A stretch of DNA of 57,779 bases from a bacterium (GTDB lineage Bacteria; Bacillota_I; Bacilli_A; RF39; UBA660), in assembly GCA_014846175.1 (NCBI GenBank), contig RKAV01000062.1, positions 1 through 57,779 of the forward strand. The letters run 5' to 3'. The stretch's first letter is position 1. Every line of letters starts with the position of its first letter. Shown piece by piece: positions 55,787-57,779 of this stretch. Below the pieces are notes generated by a model. That model was not told where the DNA came from. It saw only the letters and a program-made list of their open reading frames with translations, and did not search any database. The position numbers were made by a program, and so were the translations under genes.

Positions 55787-56472
55787 ATGAAAAAAGAGTC
55801 CTTTGATAAATTATTAAAGATTATGTCTAAATGTGATAAATGCACTAATTTTAAGTGTAAAGAGAAGTCATTGATAAATATTTATAATGATTATAACTTT
55901 AGTTCAAATATACCATCTATATGGACTGATTGGTTTAATAGACTAGATTCCAAGATTATGATTATAGGTCAAGACTGGGGACCTTATAATGATATGAAAA
56001 AACTAAATAATTTGTTAAAAGAAGATAAAAGTAATTGGAATGAATTAATTGAGTCATAAAAAAGTAATACAAAAAAATATTAGAAAAATATATAAAAGAA
56101 TCTTCTAACAGTAGGTATTCGTTAAATGATATATTTATAACAAATGCAATAATGTGTGCAAGACAGGGAGATAATTATAGAGGAAATAATATTGATTTAA
56201 AAAAATCTACTCTAAAATGTAGTGATTTCTTATTAAAACAAATCGAGATAGTAAAGCCAAAAGTAATATTAACTTTAGGATATTATCCATTATTATCTTT
56301 ATCTAACTTATTAAATTTTGATATAGAAAGAACACTAAAGGAAACTATTAGAAAATATCCTGAAATAAATAAAGATGATTATGTTATTATTCCTTTATAT
56401 CACCCAGTAGCACAAATTAAAAAGGCTGAACAGTTAGTGCAATATAAAAAAATATGGAATTATATTGACTAA
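55787..56472 (+). pseudogene. uracil-DNA-glycosylase-superfamily gene, disrupted
   Basis: IMIIGQDWGP (motif A-like) lies in ORF 55787..56059. FITNAIMCAR and LYHPVA (motif B-like) lie in the second frame, which is open from 56068. A TAA at 56057 plus a frame change in or near the A7 run at 56071-56077 separate the halves. Confidence 0.55.
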
Positions 56473-56493
56473 AAATAAGGAGAACGTTATTAT

Positions 56494-56873
56494 ATGAAAG
56501 TATTAAGTTTAACTGAACCATACGCAACTTTAATTAAAAATGGTATTAAAACAATAGAAACTAGAAGTTGGAAAACTAATTATAGAGGTAAATTATACAT
56601 TCATGCAAGTTCAACAAAAATTCCAAAAGAATATAAAAATAGTAAAGAGTTGATATTAATTGTTTAAATTATGGAAACATAATTTGCTCTTGTGAATTAA
56701 TTGATTGTATTGAAATGACAGAAGAATTTTTAGAAAAAATGAAGAAAAATAAAAATGAATATATAACAGGTATTTATGCTGTTGGAAGATATGCATGGAT
56801 ATTAAAAGATATAAAAGTATTAGACAAACCTATTAAAGCCAAAGGATATTTAGGTATTTGGAATTTTGATTAA
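56494..56873 (+). pseudogene. ASCH-domain gene with a frameshift
   Basis: MKVLSLTEPYATLIKNGIKTIETRSWKTNYRGKLYIHAS... stops at 56665-56667. The rest (NYGNIICSCELIDCIEM...GRYAWILKDIKVLDKPIKAKGYLGIWNF) continues in another frame to the TAA at 56871-56873. Confidence 0.6.
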
Positions 56874-56935
56874 ATAATAATTACGGCTTGATGATAACCA
56901 TATACAATTGATTTTAAAAAGGAGATGTGAAATAA

Positions 56936-57244
56936 ATGAAGATAATAACAGTGTGTGGTAGTTTGAAATTTGTTAATGAAATGATGGAAATAACAGAAAA
57001 AATGGAACTAGAAGGTAATTGTATGTTAGTACCTATATATAATCCATCAAAAACTAGCAAAGATGACTTTACTGAAGAAGAAGCATTAATGCTTGATAAA
57101 ATGCATAAAGAAAGAATAAAACTATCTGATGCTATTTTAGTTGTAAATGTTAATGATTATATAGGTAGTAGCACTAAAAGTGAAATCGAGTTTGCTAAAT
57201 CATTAAATAAAGAAATAATGTATTATACTGATTTAATAAAATAA
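56936..57244 (+). CDS. small nucleoside 2-deoxyribosyltransferase-like protein (tentative)
   Basis: MKIITVCGSLKF...SDAILVVNVNDYIGSSTKSEIEFAKSLNKEI follows the pattern I associate with the Nuc_deoxyri_tr2-type family (ICGSxxF ... yiG.st..Ei.yA). SD AAGGAG. Confidence 0.4.
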   Translation: MKIITVCGSLKFVNEMMEITEKMELEGNCMLVPIYNPSKTSKDDFTEEEALMLDKMHKERIKLSDAILVVNVNDYIGSSTKSEIEFAKSLNKEIMYYTDLIK

Positions 57245-57271
57245 TTTTTAACAAATATACAAAGGTGAAGT

Positions 57272-57779
57272 ATGACTAATTTTTTAAAATGGTTAAGTAT
57301 TTTATCTACTCGAGAGTGGGCTACAATAATTTGGATTTTGATTTTATCAGTATATGTATTAATTAATAAGAAAACAAGATATTCTGCCCTAGACGTTATT
57401 AAAATATTATTTGGAAAGAATTTAATAAAAATATGGATAATAACTTCTTTATATGTGATTTTAATAACATTATTATTTTCTAAAACGTCAATATGGGATA
57501 ATTGTTACATAAAGGATATTATTATATGGTATATAACATCAGGAGTAATATTTTGTTTTAATGCAGCATCTAGGGAATCTGATGAACAATATATTTGGAA
57601 AGTATTAAAAGATAATTTAAAGTTTACAATTGTTATAGAGTTTTTTTATAGTACATTTACATTTAAACTTTGGGTTGAGTTACTAATTATTCCTATTATT
57701 ACATTCTTAGCAATGGTAGATCCTGTTGCTGAAAGAAAAGAAGAATACAAAATTGCACATAAGTTTATGCAATCAATAT
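57272..57779 (+). CDS. membrane protein, 3' end beyond the window
   Basis: My own translation from the ATG at 57272 (SD AAAGGTGA) is open to the window end: MTNFLKWLSILSTREWATIIWILILSVYVLINKK..., with several hydrophobic helices. Confidence 0.45.
   Translation, partial: MTNFLKWLSILSTREWATIIWILILSVYVLINKKTRYSALDVIKILFGKNLIKIWIITSLYVILITLLFSKTSIWDNCYIKDIIIWYITSGVIFCFNAASRESDEQYIWKVLKDNLKFTIVIEFFYSTFTFKLWVELLIIPIITFLAMVDPVAERKEEYKIAHKFMQSI

Larger units (their letters stand above)
50177..57779. mobile_element. integrative mobilizable element IME-2 (partial; right end beyond the window), decaying
   Basis: Same backbone order as IME-1 with about half-identical proteins. Three genes are disrupted. 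Confidence 0.65.

Noticed and set aside
38780-57779. Prophage interpretation of the integrase-containing region
   Set aside because: No terminase, portal, capsid, tail or lysis genes are present. A MobV relaxase and an oriT-like block point to integrative mobilizable elements instead.

Overview
AT-rich, low-GC Firmicute chromosome segment. The sporulation genes sigG, ylmC/ymxH and yunB, the Bacillus-like yunB/yutD/yutH/yutI neighbourhood, PolC and CCA-encoding tRNAs suggest a spore-forming Clostridia- or Erysipelotrichia-like organism. No database search was possible, so all calls rest on motifs read from the ORF translations and on DNA patterns read by eye.

Bases 1-38.6 kb are mostly core genome:
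- polC 3' end, a GGDEF protein, murF-ddl, pflB-pflA
- an ABC exporter, two P-type ATPases (one MgtA-like), a Sir2 deacylase, an RluA-family pseudouridine synthase
- a sigG sporulation cluster, an SDR and recG
- 15 tRNA genes: single Lys(CTT) and Ser(GCT), a minus-strand Ile-Asn-Glu trio, and a 10-gene plus-strand cluster

From about 38.78 kb to the right edge the window holds two related integrative mobilizable elements (IMEs) in tandem.
- Both share the backbone tyrosine integrase, MobV/Pre relaxase, RecA-like AAA ATPase, small HTH protein, then a divergent XRE regulator.
- Both appear inserted at the same 10-bp core, CCCCCTGAAG, at the 3' end of a promoter-plus-terminator small transcription unit downstream of recG.
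- Right after the XRE gene, each element carries cargo built from nucleotide or nucleoside catabolic and base-excision-type domains.
- IME-1 cargo is an NT5C-nucleoside hydrolase fusion, an HD protein, a second NT5C, a 12-TM protein and a separate AAA_13/PrrC-like ATPase.
- IME-2 cargo is a UMPH-1-like nucleotidase, a UDG-like gene, an ASCH gene, a deoxyribosyltransferase-like gene and a membrane protein. Several IME-2 genes are disrupted.

I consider this cargo the best candidate for an undescribed system, such as nucleotide-pool or modified-nucleotide-directed defence or immunity. A second notable locus is a three-domain HD / SpoT-type HD / P-loop kinase-like fusion protein isolated between tRNA genes at 24.6-26.6 kb.
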